Shown one piece after another: positions 1 to 11,160 of a stretch of DNA of 64,000 bases. The position numbers and the translations under genes are program-made. Source of the DNA: Lachnospiraceae bacterium (GTDB lineage: Bacteria; Bacillota; Clostridia; Lachnospirales; Lachnospiraceae); the NCBI GenBank assembly GCA_016291405.1, contig JAEEXG010000009.1, forward strand, positions 23-64,022, read 5' to 3'. The stretch's first letter is position 1; each line of letters starts with the position of its first letter. The notes under the pieces are model-generated. The model did no database searches and was not told the origin of the DNA. It saw nothing but the letters and a program-made list of their open reading frames with translations.

Positions 1-1
1 T

Positions 2-3000
2 AGCTCACCTGTAACAGACAACATTACACTTGTTGCTGATTATCAGACAACAATGAAGCAGTACACTGTTAAATTCGTTGATTTTGACGGCGCTGAAATT
101 GCAAGTGAAACAGTTACACACGGAAATACAATTCCTGACTTTGCTTCAAAGGCTGTATCCGACAAGGTTACAGATGAAATTATTTACCACTGGAACAATA
201 CATGGAGCGCAGTTGAAGGTCAGACTTCATATTCTGTATATGCGGATACTGTTGTAACAAGCGACCTTGTGTTATATCCCGGCAAGGAAGAATGGGGTAA
301 CAACTTCACAATTTCATGGAAGTTTAAAGATCCTTCAAATGCGCAGGATGTTACAAGAGATGTAACAAATGTTAAGCGTTTTGCAGCTCAGGCAAAGCCT
401 GATTCTGTAAATGCGCAGACTTTTGAGTATCACGGTGTTGTTTACACATTTAACGGTTGGTCACTTGAATCAGCAACATCTTCAACTGTTAACACAGGTG
501 ATGCTTCAGTTTCAAACACAACAGGTAATGTAACATTTGTAGCTAATTACACTACAGAACAGCTTGAGTACACATTTACATTTAATTATAAAGACGCATC
601 AGGTAACGATGTAAGCGATACAGTTGAGCACCTCCACTGGGGTGATGAGGCTACAGCTCCTTCACTTCCTTCATACGATGTTGTTGATGATAACGGAGAC
701 GTAGTTGAAACTGTAACACAGACAGGCTGGGACAACGATGCTTACTTACATGTAGAAGCTAACGGTTCAGCAAGTGCAACTTCAGAATCCACAGCTCACT
801 ACATCATTACATTCGTTGATTCAATCACAGGTGAAACTATTTCAAGACAGAACGTTCTTGACGGTCAGAGCCCTGTAGAACCTGAATTTACACACGAACT
901 TATTGACGGACGCGTTAAGAAAGAAGCTTCAGAGTGGAACACAGAAATCACTCCCGCTTCAGAAAATGCGACTTACTACACAGTAGTTACCACAAGCATT
1001 AAGTGTGACGCAGTTCACATGCTTAACGGTGAAATCTTTGGCGATGTCTTTGATGAAAGATGGGTTGAAGAAAACACTACATACACAACAACAGATACAT
1101 ACTCATATCCTTATGTAACAACTGCAGGCACAAAGTATGAAAGAGCAGATTCAAATGACCTTTCAATCTGTGCAACCGCTGACAATTATCGCGTAGTTAT
1201 TGCACTTAAGGAATGCGAAAAGGGAACAATAGCATTCTATAATTACAAGAATCAGCTTATTACCTCTTCAACAGGCTACGTTGGAGAAACACTTAAGATT
1301 GATGTTCCTACAGTAACAGCTCCTGAAAATACATTTACTACAGTAAATAAGCTTGCAGACGGCTGGTTTACAGATGAAGAAGGAAAGAACGCTTACACAG
1401 GTTCATTCACATATGCAACAGGCTTAACAAATCTTTATGCTAAAGAATTGGTAAGCACCAGAACATTTACACTTAAGTTCTTTGATGAAAATGGCAACTT
1501 CTTAAGCGAGGTAACAGGTCTTTCAGATAAGGATGCTGTTTTAACCGCTGTAGCCGATGCTAAGGCGCCCACGAAGAAACCTACTGAGAGATTTATCTAT
1601 AATGGTTCATGGGATGCAGTAGTTTATGTTGATGCTAACGGATTAACAGATACAGCAATTGATAACTGGGCTCTCTTAACCGATGACAGCACTAACGTTA
1701 CCTTTGGAACAAAGGCTAAATTCACAGATGAAACAAGATATTACCACGTATACTTTAAAGTTGGTGATGAAACAATTAAAGACCAGAAGGTTACATACAT
1801 GGCAGCTGCATCTGCTCCAGACGGAAGCAAGATAGAAGAACAGATGACAGGCGATGCTTATAAGAATAAGCAGTTCATCGGATGGGATAAGTCTTTTAAT
1901 GAAATTAAAGAAACAACAACAGTTAATGCAGTGTTTGCTGATAAGCACACTCTTACATACGTAAACGAAGACGGTACAGTTCTTTTAACAGATGTATATC
2001 CTAAGTTTGGTATCGATTCTTACGTAGCTACAGTTGTAAGCGCTGCAGATGCAAAGGCAGATAAGGTTTTAGGAAAGACAGCATATCATTATGATTTCAA
2101 GGGCTGGAAGTTAGACGAAGAAACTGTTAAGCAGGAAGGCGACACAGTTGACCTTTCAAAGGATGATGTAACTCTTACAGCAACATACAATGAAGACATT
2201 CCCGGATACTTCTTTGTAAGAAATCCTTGGGAAGGAATGCCCGTTGAGCCTCAGGGTCATGATTCTGAAGAATACTCAAGCGGACGTGTAATTACAAAAG
2301 ATAACTTTGATTACGCTAAGTTTAATTCCGATGCTAAGTACGTTTACTTAAATGCAGAAACAGCTTCTGTAATTAAAGAAACAGCTCCTAAGTACGAAAA
2401 CTTCTTAGGATTAACGAAGAGCGTACCCGAAGTAGCTTCTTTACACATCAATGCAACGGTTGATTGGTACGTAGTAAAGGTACAAAAAGACGGTATCCAC
2501 ATCGACGGATATCCTACATACGTGCATGATTCAGTTTCTGTATCAGCTATGTATGACGGAACAAACCAGGCAGAAGCTCTTTACAATGAAGTAGTTTCAA
2601 AGGCTGACGGTGTAAGAATCAACAAGGCAGAGTTCCTTGAAAAGGTCGGCGAATTAAAGAATGTAACTTCAAAGTCATTTACTATCGACGGTACACTTAC
2701 AGTTGGCGCAACAAGAGCAGCTAACTCAGGACATGACATCACAGTTAAGATGCCCATCACACTTGCTATTACAGCAAGAGACGTAGTGCTTACAAGTGCA
2801 ACCGCATCTAAGGTATATGACCGTGAAGCACTTAAGAGCGAAACAGTAGAAGTTACAGGAAGCGGATTTGTAGCAGGCGATGCTCCTACATATTCAGACT
2901 TTGCTGAAATCACAAATGTTGGTTCTACTGAAAACACATTTACTTACACATTCGCAGACGGCGTAGCAGCTAACTACGATGTAACAGTAAACTACGGTAC

Positions 3001-3901
3001 ACTTACAATCGCTTCTTACGATGACGAAGTTGTTGTATACGTAAAGGGTGCTACAGATGAAGTTACATATGATAAGGAAGACCACGTTGTTAAGGGATAT
3101 GAAGTTTCTGTATCAGGAAACGACGTTTACAAAGTAGAAGATGTTGACTTTATCGGAACTTCCGATTCTGTATCCGGTAACGATGCAGGCACATATGACA
3201 TGGGTATTTCAGGTAACGATTTTGTTAACACAAATACCAACTTTACAAACGTTAAGTTTGTGGTTGAAGACGGTAAGCTTGTTGTAAACAAGAAACCTTT
3301 GACAATTACAATTAACAGCACTGCAAAGACAGAAGGCGACTTAGATCCTCGCTTAACTTACACAGTAGAAGGCCTTATAGACGGAGATGACCTTAAGGTA
3401 GAACTCTACAGAGATCCGGGCGAAGGAACAGGTACTCGTACAATCCACGCTCGTATTACCGTAAGTCCTAACTACGAAGTAACAGTTAAGGAAGGCACAT
3501 TAAGAATCGACGAAGAAGTAAGATATGATGTAATCGATGACACACCTACACAGACAGATCCTACAGACGGACAGCCCGCAGGACCTCAGCCCGGTGCAGG
3601 ACAGCCCGGTGGCGGTCAGCCCGGTGGACAGCCTGCAGATGAAACTCCTGCTCCTGTAGCTGGTGAAACACCTGTAGTTACAATTGATAACAACGAAGTT
3701 CCCATGGCAGCAGCTCCCGCTGAAGGTAAGCAGGGATTGAACATCGATGATGAAGATGTTCCTATGGCAGTTCTTTCACAGTGCTACATTCACTGGGTAA
3801 TTCTTGCAATTGCACTTGTATATGCTATCTACGCTACACTTCGTGCAGTACAGAACAAGAAAGAACTTGAAGACAACGAAGAGCTTGCAAAGAATAACTA
3901 A
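2..3901 (+). CDS. Giant cell-surface repeat protein, 5'-truncated by the window edge (B-type Listeria-Bacteroides-like repeats, MBG-like modules, Pro/Gly-rich stalk, C-terminal TM anchor)
   Basis: The frame is open from position 2, with no in-frame stop before the ATG at 53. Residues encoded at 2-52 (..NITLVADYQTT) resemble the ends of later internal repeats (GNVTFVANYTT), so the gene starts upstream of the window. It has many ~70-80-aa repeats of the form Y.V.F.D.dG, and C-terminal modules such as NYDVTVNYGTLTI. A GQPGGGQPGGQP stalk precedes a single C-terminal hydrophobic helix (YIHWVILAIALVYAIYATL). Confidence 0.7.
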   Translation, partial: SSPVTDNITLVADYQTTMKQYTVKFVDFDGAEIASETVTHGNTIPDFASKAVSDKVTDEIIYHWNNTWSAVEGQTSYSVYADTVVTSDLVLYPGKEEWGNNFTISWKFKDPSNAQDVTRDVTNVKRFAAQAKPDSVNAQTFEYHGVVYTFNGWSLESATSSTVNTGDASVSNTTGNVTFVANYTTEQLEYTFTFNYKDASGNDVSDTVEHLHWGDEATAPSLPSYDVVDDNGDVVETVTQTGWDNDAYLHVEANGSASATSESTAHYIITFVDSITGETISRQNVLDGQSPVEPEFTHELIDGRVKKEASEWNTEITPASENATYYTVVTTSIKCDAVHMLNGEIFGDVFDERWVEENTTYTTTDTYSYPYVTTAGTKYERADSNDLSICATADNYRVVIALKECEKGTIAFYNYKNQLITSSTGYVGETLKIDVPTVTAPENTFTTVNKLADGWFTDEEGKNAYTGSFTYATGLTNLYAKELVSTRTFTLKFFDENGNFLSEVTGLSDKDAVLTAVADAKAPTKKPTERFIYNGSWDAVVYVDANGLTDTAIDNWALLTDDSTNVTFGTKAKFTDETRYYHVYFKVGDETIKDQKVTYMAAASAPDGSKIEEQMTGDAYKNKQFIGWDKSFNEIKETTTVNAVFADKHTLTYVNEDGTVLLTDVYPKFGIDSYVATVVSAADAKADKVLGKTAYHYDFKGWKLDEETVKQEGDTVDLSKDDVTLTATYNEDIPGYFFVRNPWEGMPVEPQGHDSEEYSSGRVITKDNFDYAKFNSDAKYVYLNAETASVIKETAPKYENFLGLTKSVPEVASLHINATVDWYVVKVQKDGIHIDGYPTYVHDSVSVSAMYDGTNQAEALYNEVVSKADGVRINKAEFLEKVGELKNVTSKSFTIDGTLTVGATRAANSGHDITVKMPITLAITARDVVLTSATASKVYDREALKSETVEVTGSGFVAGDAPTYSDFAEITNVGSTENTFTYTFADGVAANYDVTVNYGTLTIASYDDEVVVYVKGATDEVTYDKEDHVVKGYEVSVSGNDVYKVEDVDFIGTSDSVSGNDAGTYDMGISGNDFVNTNTNFTNVKFVVEDGKLVVNKKPLTITINSTAKTEGDLDPRLTYTVEGLIDGDDLKVELYRDPGEGTGTRTIHARITVSPNYEVTVKEGTLRIDEEVRYDVIDDTPTQTDPTDGQPAGPQPGAGQPGGGQPGGQPADETPAPVAGETPVVTIDNNEVPMAAAPAEGKQGLNIDDEDVPMAVLSQCYIHWVILAIALVYAIYATLRAVQNKKELEDNEELAKNN

Positions 3902-3914
3902 GGAGGAGAGAATC

Positions 3915-4118
3915 ATGGAAGAAAACAGAAAAGCTACTGATAAAAAGCACATCCTTGATTGGGTGGTAAGCGGCATTGCTCTTGTAGCAATGATAGTTCT
4001 TTACTTCTTCTGGGGATGCCCGATAGACCTTTGGGCTACACTCCTTTGCTTGGTAGTGGTAGTTGCAGGTTCAATCTTGCTTCACATGCAGCATAAAAAG
4101 TTAAAAGAACTTAGATAG
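3915..4118 (+). CDS. Small membrane protein (two predicted TM helices), hypothetical
   Basis: An AGGAGG sits 8 nt upstream of ATG 3915. There are two hydrophobic segments. The longer ORF start at 3804 overlaps the upstream gene and has no RBS. Confidence 0.5.
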   Translation: MEENRKATDKKHILDWVVSGIALVAMIVLYFFWGCPIDLWATLLCLVVVVAGSILLHMQHKKLKELR

Positions 4119-4124
4119 TTTTTA

Positions 4125-4155
4125 GAGCCGAGTCGAAAGACTCGGCTCTTTTATT
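4125..4155 (+). terminator. Rho-independent terminator
   Basis: Stem GAGCCGAGTC / GACTCGGCTC with a GAAA loop, followed by TTTTATT. Confidence 0.8.
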
Positions 4156-4157
4156 AA

Positions 4158-4186
4158 TTGACAGGTAATGGGGTGAAAGTTATCAT
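4158..4186 (+). promoter_or_regulatory. Sigma-A-type promoter upstream of glgP
   Basis: TTGACA (4158-4163), a 17-nt spacer, then TATCAT (4181-4186). Confidence 0.55.
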
Positions 4187-4232
4187 AGTTGTGGGAAAGT
4201 TTATTTAAATAAACAATTTTTCGGAGGTAACA

Positions 4233-6551
4233 ATGAGCTTAAGAGCTAAAATGCAGCAGGAAGTTATGCTTATGAACATGGAGTCTGAAATCGAAGACCG
4301 TGTAAAGAAAGCATATGGCAAGAAGATTAAGAATTGCTCTAATAAAGAACTTTATTATGTCCTTCTTAACTTCACAAAAGAAATGGCAGAATTATCGGAA
4401 AAAATTTCCGGTGATAAGAAAGTATATTATATTTCCGCAGAGTTTCTAATCGGAAAGCTTCTTTCCAATAACCTTATAAATTTAGGCCTTTACAATAAAA
4501 TAAAAGAAATCCTTTCTAAAAACGGAAAGACCCTTGCAGAGATTGAAGAATTTGAGCCGGAACCTTCTCTTGGTAACGGTGGTCTTGGTCGTCTTGCGGC
4601 TTGTTTTCTTGATTCAATCGCAACCCTTGGATATCAGGGAGACGGCATCGGCTTAAACTATCACTTCGGTCTTTTTAAGCAGGTATTTAAGAATAAACTT
4701 CAGAAAGCAGAGCCCGATAAGTGGATAGAAGATAAGTCCTGGCTTATAGACACCGACACTTCCTTCCAGGTTCACTTTAAAGACTTTACATTAACTTCAA
4801 AGCTTTATGACTTGGACGTTGTAGGATATAGAAACGGCACCAACAAGCTTCATTTATTTGACGTAGAATCAATAGATGAATCAATCGTTGAGCAGGGCAT
4901 TACTTTTGACAAAGAAAACATAAAGAAGAATCTGACCCTGTTTCTTTATCCCGATGATTCGGATGAAGCAGGTAATTTACTTAGAATCTATCAGCAGTAT
5001 TTCCTTGTTTCAAATGCGGCTCAGCTTATTTTAAAGGAGCTTAAAGAAAAGCAGTACGACCTTCGCCGTATGTATGATTATTGTGTGATTCAGATTAACG
5101 ACACTCACCCCACAATGATTATTCCCGAACTTATCAGGATTCTTGTGGATGATAAGGCTTTCACCATGGATGAAGCCATTGAAGTAATCTCAAAGACCTG
5201 TGCATACACAAACCATACAATCCTTGCGGAAGCCCTTGAAAAATGGCCTCTTGAGTACCTTGAAAAGGTGGTTCCTCAGCTTGTGCCCATTATCAAAGAG
5301 CTTGATAAAAAAGTTAGGGCTAAGTACAAGGATTCAAAGGTATATATTATCGACAAAGAAAAGCGCGTTCACATGGCTCACATCGACATCCATTACGGAT
5401 TTTCCGTAAACGGCGTGGCTTCTTTGCACACAGATATTTTAAAAGAAACCGAGTTAAATCACTTTTATAAGATTTATCCCGAGAAGTTTAACAATAAAAC
5501 AAACGGAATTACCTTCAGACGCTGGCTTTTATCCTGTAACCACAACCTGGCTGACTACTTAACCGAGCTTATCGGAAACAGCTATAAAAGAGACGCTACC
5601 AAGCTTGAAAAGCTTCTTGAATATAAGGATGATGAAATGGTGCTTGATAGACTTTTTGAAATCAAGCAGGATAAGAAGAAAGAACTTTGCGCATACGTAA
5701 AAGAGAAAGAGGGCGTGGAGCTTAACCCTTATTCGATTTTCGATATTCAGGTTAAGAGAATGCATGAGTATAAGCGTCAGCAGATGAACGCTTTATACAT
5801 CATCCATAAGTACTTAGACATTAAGCGAGGTAAGCACCCTAACGTGCCTATAACCTTCATATTCGGCGCCAAGGCTGCCATGGCTTACACTATCGCAAAA
5901 GACATTATCCACCTTCTTTTGTGCTTACAGGACATCGTAAACAACGATCCTGAAGTAAGCCCCTACATGAAGATCTTATTCGTGGAAAACTATAACGTTA
6001 GCTACGCAGAAAAGATTATCCCTGCCTGCGACATTTCAGAGCAGATTTCTTTGGCCTCAAAAGAAGCCTCAGGAACCGGCAACATGAAGTTTATGTTAAA
6101 CGGAGCCATCACCCTTGGCACAATGGATGGCGCAAACGTCGAAATCCACGACCTTGTGGGAAAAGACAACATTTACATCTTCGGTGAATCTTCAAAGAAC
6201 GTAATCAAGCACTATAAGAAGGCTGACTACGTATCAAGAGACTACTATGAAAAGTCAAAGGTAATAAAAGAAGCCGTAGACTTTATCATGAGCGAAAAGA
6301 TGTTAAAGACCGGCAAGAAAGAAAACTTAAAGCGTCTCTACGACGAACTTCTTAACAAAGACTGGTTCATGACTCTTCTTGACCTTGAAGCATACATTGA
6401 CAAGAAAGAAGAAGCCCTTAAGGACTACGAGAATCGCTCCAAGTGGAAGCGCATGATGCTTGTAAACATCGCCAAGGCCGGCTACTTCTCATCCGATAGA
6501 ACCATCGAAGAGTACAACAACGACATCTGGCACTTAAAGACCATGGACTAA
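4233..6551 (+). CDS. glgP: Alpha-glucan (glycogen/maltodextrin) phosphorylase
   Basis: GGAGG lies 5 nt upstream. The N-terminal region carries the [19 protein letters not shown] motif. The pyridoxal-phosphate lysine motif [15 protein letters not shown] is present. The length is 772 aa. Confidence 0.9.
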   Translation: MSLRAKMQQEVMLMNMESEIEDRVKKAYGKKIKNCSNKELYYVLLNFTKEMAELSEKISGDKKVYYISAEFLIGKLLSNNLINLGLYNKIKEILSKNGKTLAEIEEFEPEPSLGNGGLGRLAACFLDSIATLGYQGDGIGLNYHFGLFKQVFKNKLQKAEPDKWIEDKSWLIDTDTSFQVHFKDFTLTSKLYDLDVVGYRNGTNKLHLFDVESIDESIVEQGITFDKENIKKNLTLFLYPDDSDEAGNLLRIYQQYFLVSNAAQLILKELKEKQYDLRRMYDYCVIQINDTHPTMIIPELIRILVDDKAFTMDEAIEVISKTCAYTNHTILAEALEKWPLEYLEKVVPQLVPIIKELDKKVRAKYKDSKVYIIDKEKRVHMAHIDIHYGFSVNGVASLHTDILKETELNHFYKIYPEKFNNKTNGITFRRWLLSCNHNLADYLTELIGNSYKRDATKLEKLLEYKDDEMVLDRLFEIKQDKKKELCAYVKEKEGVELNPYSIFDIQVKRMHEYKRQQMNALYIIHKYLDIKRGKHPNVPITFIFGAKAAMAYTIAKDIIHLLLCLQDIVNNDPEVSPYMKILFVENYNVSYAEKIIPACDISEQISLASKEASGTGNMKFMLNGAITLGTMDGANVEIHDLVGKDNIYIFGESSKNVIKHYKKADYVSRDYYEKSKVIKEAVDFIMSEKMLKTGKKENLKRLYDELLNKDWFMTLLDLEAYIDKKEEALKDYENRSKWKRMMLVNIAKAGYFSSDRTIEEYNNDIWHLKTMD

Positions 6552-6560
6552 TTAAAGAAT

Positions 6561-6588
6561 GAGCAAGGCTCTTTAAAGAGCCTTGCTC
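6561..6588. terminator. Bidirectional hairpin between convergent genes
   Basis: Perfect stem GAGCAAGGCTC / GAGCCTTGCTC with a TTTAAA loop. It overlaps the last codons of the minus-strand CYTH gene. Confidence 0.6.
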
Positions 6589-7022
6589 ATATTAGCATTG
6601 GTGTATTTTGGGTTGCCTGTCACATCTTCGATAAACCATGAAGGAGCCTTGAAGGAGTTTGCTTCTTCCACGGATTCAAACTCTACTTCTGCGAGGAAGA
6701 GGGGTGCAAACTTACCTAAAAACTCATCGAGTTCAATGGTGTATTTGTCATATGGAATCAAATAGCGGTTCTTTGTGATGATGTTTCCGTCAGCTTTTGC
6801 GAGTAAGTGCTCGTAGCTTTCTTTTGTGAGGGGAAGGTTGTACTCTTCACGAGAAAGTGAGCCCTTTCCTTTGTAGGTTAGGTAATACGTGTCGTTTTCT
6901 TTTCGCACCCTGACTACGGGCTTTGTGGCAAGATAACCCTGCTCAAGGCTTAAGCAAGGGTACTTTTTATAGTCAATGTCTTTTAAATCTACAAGAAATT
7001 TTCTTTCTATTTCAACTCCCAT
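6573..7022 (-). CDS. CYTH-domain protein (triphosphate tunnel metalloenzyme family)
   Basis: N-terminal EIERKFLV (ExExK signature) and a 149-aa size typical of stand-alone CYTH proteins. Confidence 0.8.
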   Translation of the reverse strand: MGVEIERKFLVDLKDIDYKKYPCLSLEQGYLATKPVVRVRKENDTYYLTYKGKGSLSREEYNLPLTKESYEHLLAKADGNIITKNRYLIPYDKYTIELDEFLGKFAPLFLAEVEFESVEEANSFKAPSWFIEDVTGNPKYTNANMSKAL

Positions 7023-7139
7023 GTTTACTCCCTAATTACTTAATTTTTTTATAAAAAGAGTATATCACATATGGTAAAAACAGACCAAATTAAGTATAAT
7101 TTAGCTTATAAGCGGATTATGCGCGGGAGGTTACAATTT

Positions 7140-7688
7140 ATGAGAATCGGAGTTTTCTTTGGGGAAAGATTCGAAGAGGTCGAGGCGCTTACTGCTGTCG
7201 ATATTTTAAGGCGTGCAGGATATGACGTTGAGACTGTTTCTGTGAGTCATTCTCATCACGTGGGCGGTGCCCATTCGATCATCGTAAAGACGGATTTTGT
7301 GGTGGATGAAGTCTGGTTTAAGACTTACGACATGCTCGTGTTACCGGGCGGTGCGGGCCATAAAAATCTCGAAAAATGCGATTTACTCATGAAGTACATT
7401 TCCAAGTTCAACGAAGAAGGTAAGTTTCTTGCGGCTATTTGTGCGTCCCCTTCAATATTGGGCAAAGCGGGCGTGCTTAAGGGTAAGAAGGTTACATGCT
7501 TCCCCGGATTTGAGGACAAATGTATCGGTGCGACGGTTGTAAACGAAGAAGCCGTACTTGATCAAAACATCATCACGGGCAGATCCGCCGGCTGTGCGGT
7601 TTCTTTTGCTTTGAAAATAATTGAAGCAATTGATGGGAAGGAAGCGGCACAGAAGATGGCAGAGCAAATCTGCTACGATCATTTTTAA
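7140..7688 (+). CDS. DJ-1/PfpI family protein
   Basis: GGGAGG lies 9 nt upstream of ATG 7140; the ORF-track start at 7071 has no RBS. The nucleophile-elbow motif AAICASP is present. Confidence 0.8.
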   Translation: MRIGVFFGERFEEVEALTAVDILRRAGYDVETVSVSHSHHVGGAHSIIVKTDFVVDEVWFKTYDMLVLPGGAGHKNLEKCDLLMKYISKFNEEGKFLAAICASPSILGKAGVLKGKKVTCFPGFEDKCIGATVVNEEAVLDQNIITGRSAGCAVSFALKIIEAIDGKEAAQKMAEQICYDHF

Positions 7689-7708
7689 AAAGAGGTAGAG
7701 AGAGAATT

Positions 7709-8926
7709 ATGAATTTGAAAGAAAAACTTGAGTCAATCGGACAGTCTCAGCTTTTGAGATTTGAGTCCGAGCTTTCTGATGCCCAGAAGAAAGCGCTTTA
7801 CGAGCAAATCGAAAGCATTGACTTCTCTGTTTTGGATGAGCTTAAAAACAGAGGAAAAGGTTTAAAGAGAGGAAAAATCACTCCTTTGGAAGCTTTGGAC
7901 CTTGACAAGATCAATGCAAAGAAAGATGCGTACAAAGAAACCGGAGTAAAGGCACTAAAGGATGGGAAAGTTGGTGCGGTTTTACTTGCAGGCGGCATGG
8001 GAACAAGACTTGGATCTAACGATCCGAAGGGTATGTACAACGTTGGTATCACTCGTGAACTATTCATTTTCCAGTGCCTTATCAACAACTTAACAGACGT
8101 GGTTAAAGAAATCGGAAGCTACATTCACCTTTTTGTAATGACAAGTGATTTAAACTACGATTCCACCACAAAGTTCTTTAAAGAAAAGAACTACTTTGGA
8201 TATCCCGAAGAATACGTTCATTTCTTTAAGCAGGAAATGGCAGCTTGCTGCAGCTACGAAGGAAAGATTTTACTTGAAAGAAAAGATAAGGTAGCGGTTT
8301 CTCCTAACGGAAACGGCGGATGGTTCTTGTCAATGATAAGAGCGGGCCTTATGGATGTTATCAATAAAAACGGTATCGAATGGCTTAACGTATTTGCTGT
8401 TGATAACGTGCTTCAAAAGATTTGTGACCCCGTATTTGTGGGCGCCACAATCATTGAAAAGAAATCAATTGGCGCTAAGGTTGTTAGAAAGAACGCGCCC
8501 GATGAAAAGCTTGGAGTTATGTGCCTTGAAGACGGCCATCCCTCAATCGTTGAGTACTATGAGCTTACGGATGAAATGAGAGATGAAGTGGATGAAAGAG
8601 GCGAAAGAGTTTATAACTTCGGCGTTATCTTAAACTACTTATTTAACGTGGCTGAGACAGAAAAGATAGTTAACAACTCTCTTACATATCATGTAGTTGA
8701 AAAGAAGATTCCCTACATCGATGATAAGGGCAATGAGATCAAGCCTGAAGAGCCTAACGGCTGTAAGTTTGAGCAGCTCATTCTTGATATGATTTACATG
8801 GCTGATACTTGCCTTCCCTTTGAAGTTGTAAGAGAAAAGGAATTTGCTCCTATCAAGAATAAGACAGGTGTTGACTCTGTTGAGTCCGCAAGAGAATTGT
8901 TACAAAAGAACGGCGTAACACTTTAG
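7709..8926 (+). CDS. UDP-sugar / UDP-N-acetylhexosamine pyrophosphorylase (UDPGP family)
   Basis: LLAGGMGTRLG nucleotide-binding loop, NGNGG motif, 405 aa. Confidence 0.75.
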   Translation: MNLKEKLESIGQSQLLRFESELSDAQKKALYEQIESIDFSVLDELKNRGKGLKRGKITPLEALDLDKINAKKDAYKETGVKALKDGKVGAVLLAGGMGTRLGSNDPKGMYNVGITRELFIFQCLINNLTDVVKEIGSYIHLFVMTSDLNYDSTTKFFKEKNYFGYPEEYVHFFKQEMAACCSYEGKILLERKDKVAVSPNGNGGWFLSMIRAGLMDVINKNGIEWLNVFAVDNVLQKICDPVFVGATIIEKKSIGAKVVRKNAPDEKLGVMCLEDGHPSIVEYYELTDEMRDEVDERGERVYNFGVILNYLFNVAETEKIVNNSLTYHVVEKKIPYIDDKGNEIKPEEPNGCKFEQLILDMIYMADTCLPFEVVREKEFAPIKNKTGVDSVESARELLQKNGVTL

Positions 8927-8935
8927 AACCAGTTT

Positions 8936-8985
8936 CACCGTATGTAAAGGAATGCGTCGGGCTTCTTTTACATACGGTGTTTTAA
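8936..8985 (+). terminator. Putative Rho-independent terminator
   Basis: 13-bp stem CACCGTATGTAAA / TTTACATACGGTG with an 18-nt loop, followed by TTTTAATTT. Confidence 0.6.
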
Positions 8986-9007
8986 TTTAATATTATGAGG
9001 AGGGTTT

Positions 9008-10648
9008 ATGGGAAAATTTTTTAAGGCGCTTTTATGCGCATCTTTACTTGTGTCTATGGTTTCTTTCATAGGATGTGGCAAAGAAACCGCCAAGGCGTCT
9101 ACAGATTCTGTAACATCTGTAAGCGTGGAAGAAGAAATCAAGCAAACGGAAGAAGAAGTTAAGCCGTCTGTTTTGATTGAAGACTTCTACGATCCCGAAA
9201 AGGTCTATGTATTCTTAAATGAAACTGAAGAAGCAATTCTTAGCATAACGAAAGAATATCTTGTGGCATGCGGGAAATTAGACGCTTCCGACAAGCTTTT
9301 CTTTTCATCTTCAAGCGATTTCCAAAATGCAGTAGGTCCCCAAATGAAGATTACACATACCTGGGACTATCAGATGCTTTCTTTTACCCTTAAAGACGGA
9401 AGCCTTGATAAAATCTTTGTTACCGATGTTGTAAGGTCAGGAAGCGAAAACGGTGAGAAACTTAAATCCGTTAAAGTCTGTGACATGGAAGAATATGTTA
9501 AGGCTATAGAAGAAACCGGCGATGAATACATCGGTATCGTGCCTTATTCCTTTTGCAACACTCTTGATGCACCCATTTCATATTTAAGGGCTTTAGATAT
9601 GGCCGATGTGATTTCTTTAATCGATGATGCCGAAGAGTCAGGCGCTCTTACCAGAGACTCTGCGCTTATGGATTACATATACGCAAAGGCACCTGATATA
9701 AACCTTTATAAAAACCCGGAAGAAATGGTAGCTAATATATTCCCTTTTATTAGCACAGAAAACTTAAGGTGGGAAAAGACAGGCGAATTCGGCGGCTACG
9801 TGATTGTGTCGGATGAATCGGGAGAACAAGCAGTAGAAGTAAAGCTTTGCAGGAAAACGGCTGATGGCGACTACCTTTATACTATCGGCGCCGGTAATAT
9901 GGCGCAGTACAGTGATAGACATGAGGCTATAGCTATTATAGACAGCGCTACACCTGAAAAATTAAAAGATGCCCTCCCTTTTTGTAACAGTGAGTTTCCC
10001 GATAAGCCTTACTATGTTGTAGACGCTCTTGAAGATGGAAGCGCAACTCTATACGGGCTTAATGAACACTCAGGCTACATCTTGCAGGTGGGCGATGAAA
10101 TTATTCCTGTGTATGATGAGTTCGGATTTGGTAGGGGCGTAGAGTTTCATGTTTCCGACTATGACAATGACGGTAACTTAGAATATGCGTTTACATCTTG
10201 TAGCGGAAGTGGCACGGGATATTACACAGAGACACTTTTTATAGTTGATCTTGACGAAGAAAGGAAGGTCACCTGGTTTGAAAGTGCCATTGACATTAAA
10301 AGCGAAAATCCTTGCATTTACGACTGCGTAAAGTTTGATTATGACAAAGAAACAAGAATGCTTAACTACTATCTTTTGATAGGGGATGAAAAGAGTAACG
10401 AAGGAAGCCTGGAGCTTAGCGAAGAGTTTGTGGGTGGAAGAGAAGTAACGGACATTTTTTACGGAGACCAGTTTTTTGTGACATTTGACAATAATAAGCT
10501 TGGCTTTGTTGCAAAAAGTGGCATTAACTTAAAAGGCCTTTGGACCATGTTTGAATATTCCGTGGATTTAATTGCCGATTTAGATTATAAAGACGGCAAA
10601 ATCACCTATGGAAATGTGCGTCTTGCACCCAATTATCCCGAAGAATAA
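9008..10648 (+). CDS. Lipoprotein, function unknown
   Basis: GGAGG RBS and a signal peptide with a lipobox (VSFIG-C). No catalytic motif recognised. Confidence 0.6.
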   Translation: MGKFFKALLCASLLVSMVSFIGCGKETAKASTDSVTSVSVEEEIKQTEEEVKPSVLIEDFYDPEKVYVFLNETEEAILSITKEYLVACGKLDASDKLFFSSSSDFQNAVGPQMKITHTWDYQMLSFTLKDGSLDKIFVTDVVRSGSENGEKLKSVKVCDMEEYVKAIEETGDEYIGIVPYSFCNTLDAPISYLRALDMADVISLIDDAEESGALTRDSALMDYIYAKAPDINLYKNPEEMVANIFPFISTENLRWEKTGEFGGYVIVSDESGEQAVEVKLCRKTADGDYLYTIGAGNMAQYSDRHEAIAIIDSATPEKLKDALPFCNSEFPDKPYYVVDALEDGSATLYGLNEHSGYILQVGDEIIPVYDEFGFGRGVEFHVSDYDNDGNLEYAFTSCSGSGTGYYTETLFIVDLDEERKVTWFESAIDIKSENPCIYDCVKFDYDKETRMLNYYLLIGDEKSNEGSLELSEEFVGGREVTDIFYGDQFFVTFDNNKLGFVAKSGINLKGLWTMFEYSVDLIADLDYKDGKITYGNVRLAPNYPEE

Positions 10649-10861
10649 ATACTGTCCGCGATACGCGCACACGAATCCGCGGTATACAATCAATGAATCC
10701 CAAGAAGAGGCGATTTTTATAATCTTCGGTTAATTTTTCAACAAAACACTTCCCTTTTTGATACTTTGGTGCTAGTATAAAAGCATAGAAGATGTCCGCG
10801 AGAGAAAAACAAAAACAATTAAGAACAATCAAATTTTTATTTTTCTTTGGAGGTGAATTGT

Positions 10862-11026
10862 ATGAGTTGGATTGGATTCACAAGAACAAATGACGTCTAC
10901 TTTGAAGAAAGAAACGATTACCTTCCCAGATGGGCTAAAGACGAAGCAGTTTACAATTGCGAAGGCTCATGGAGAGAAGTAAGAGGAAACATCTTTATAG
11001 GATTCTTGAAGCATTTGTTTGGCTAA
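10862..11026 (+). CDS. Small hypothetical protein (54 aa; below the ORF-track cutoff)
   Basis: GGAGGTG lies 6 nt upstream of ATG 10862. The product is MSWIGFTRTNDVYFEERNDYLPRWAKDEAVYNCEGSWREVRGNIFIGFLKHLFG. A terminator follows at 11052. Confidence 0.45.
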   Translation: MSWIGFTRTNDVYFEERNDYLPRWAKDEAVYNCEGSWREVRGNIFIGFLKHLFG

Positions 11027-11051
11027 AGAAAACTGCATATCGCATTTAATC

Positions 11052-11082
11052 AACGGAGAGGATATTCCTCTCCGTTTTGTAT
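11052..11082 (+). terminator. Rho-independent terminator
   Basis: Stem AACGGAGAGG / CCTCTCCGTT followed by TTGTATTG. Confidence 0.7.
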
Positions 11083-11160
11083 TGTCATACTCTGTTGCAT
11101 TAAACTGCAACCACTTTAAATCAGCGTTCGGGATTAGTATAATGTTATCGAAGTGTAGAT

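Noticed and set aside
10602-10832. 76-aa minus-strand ORF overlapping the 3' end of the lipoprotein gene.
   Set aside because: It overlaps a well-supported plus-strand gene and an AT-rich spacer, and it has no RBS. The 54-aa plus-strand ORF at 10862, which has a GGAGG RBS and its own terminator, is the more credible small gene in this spacer.
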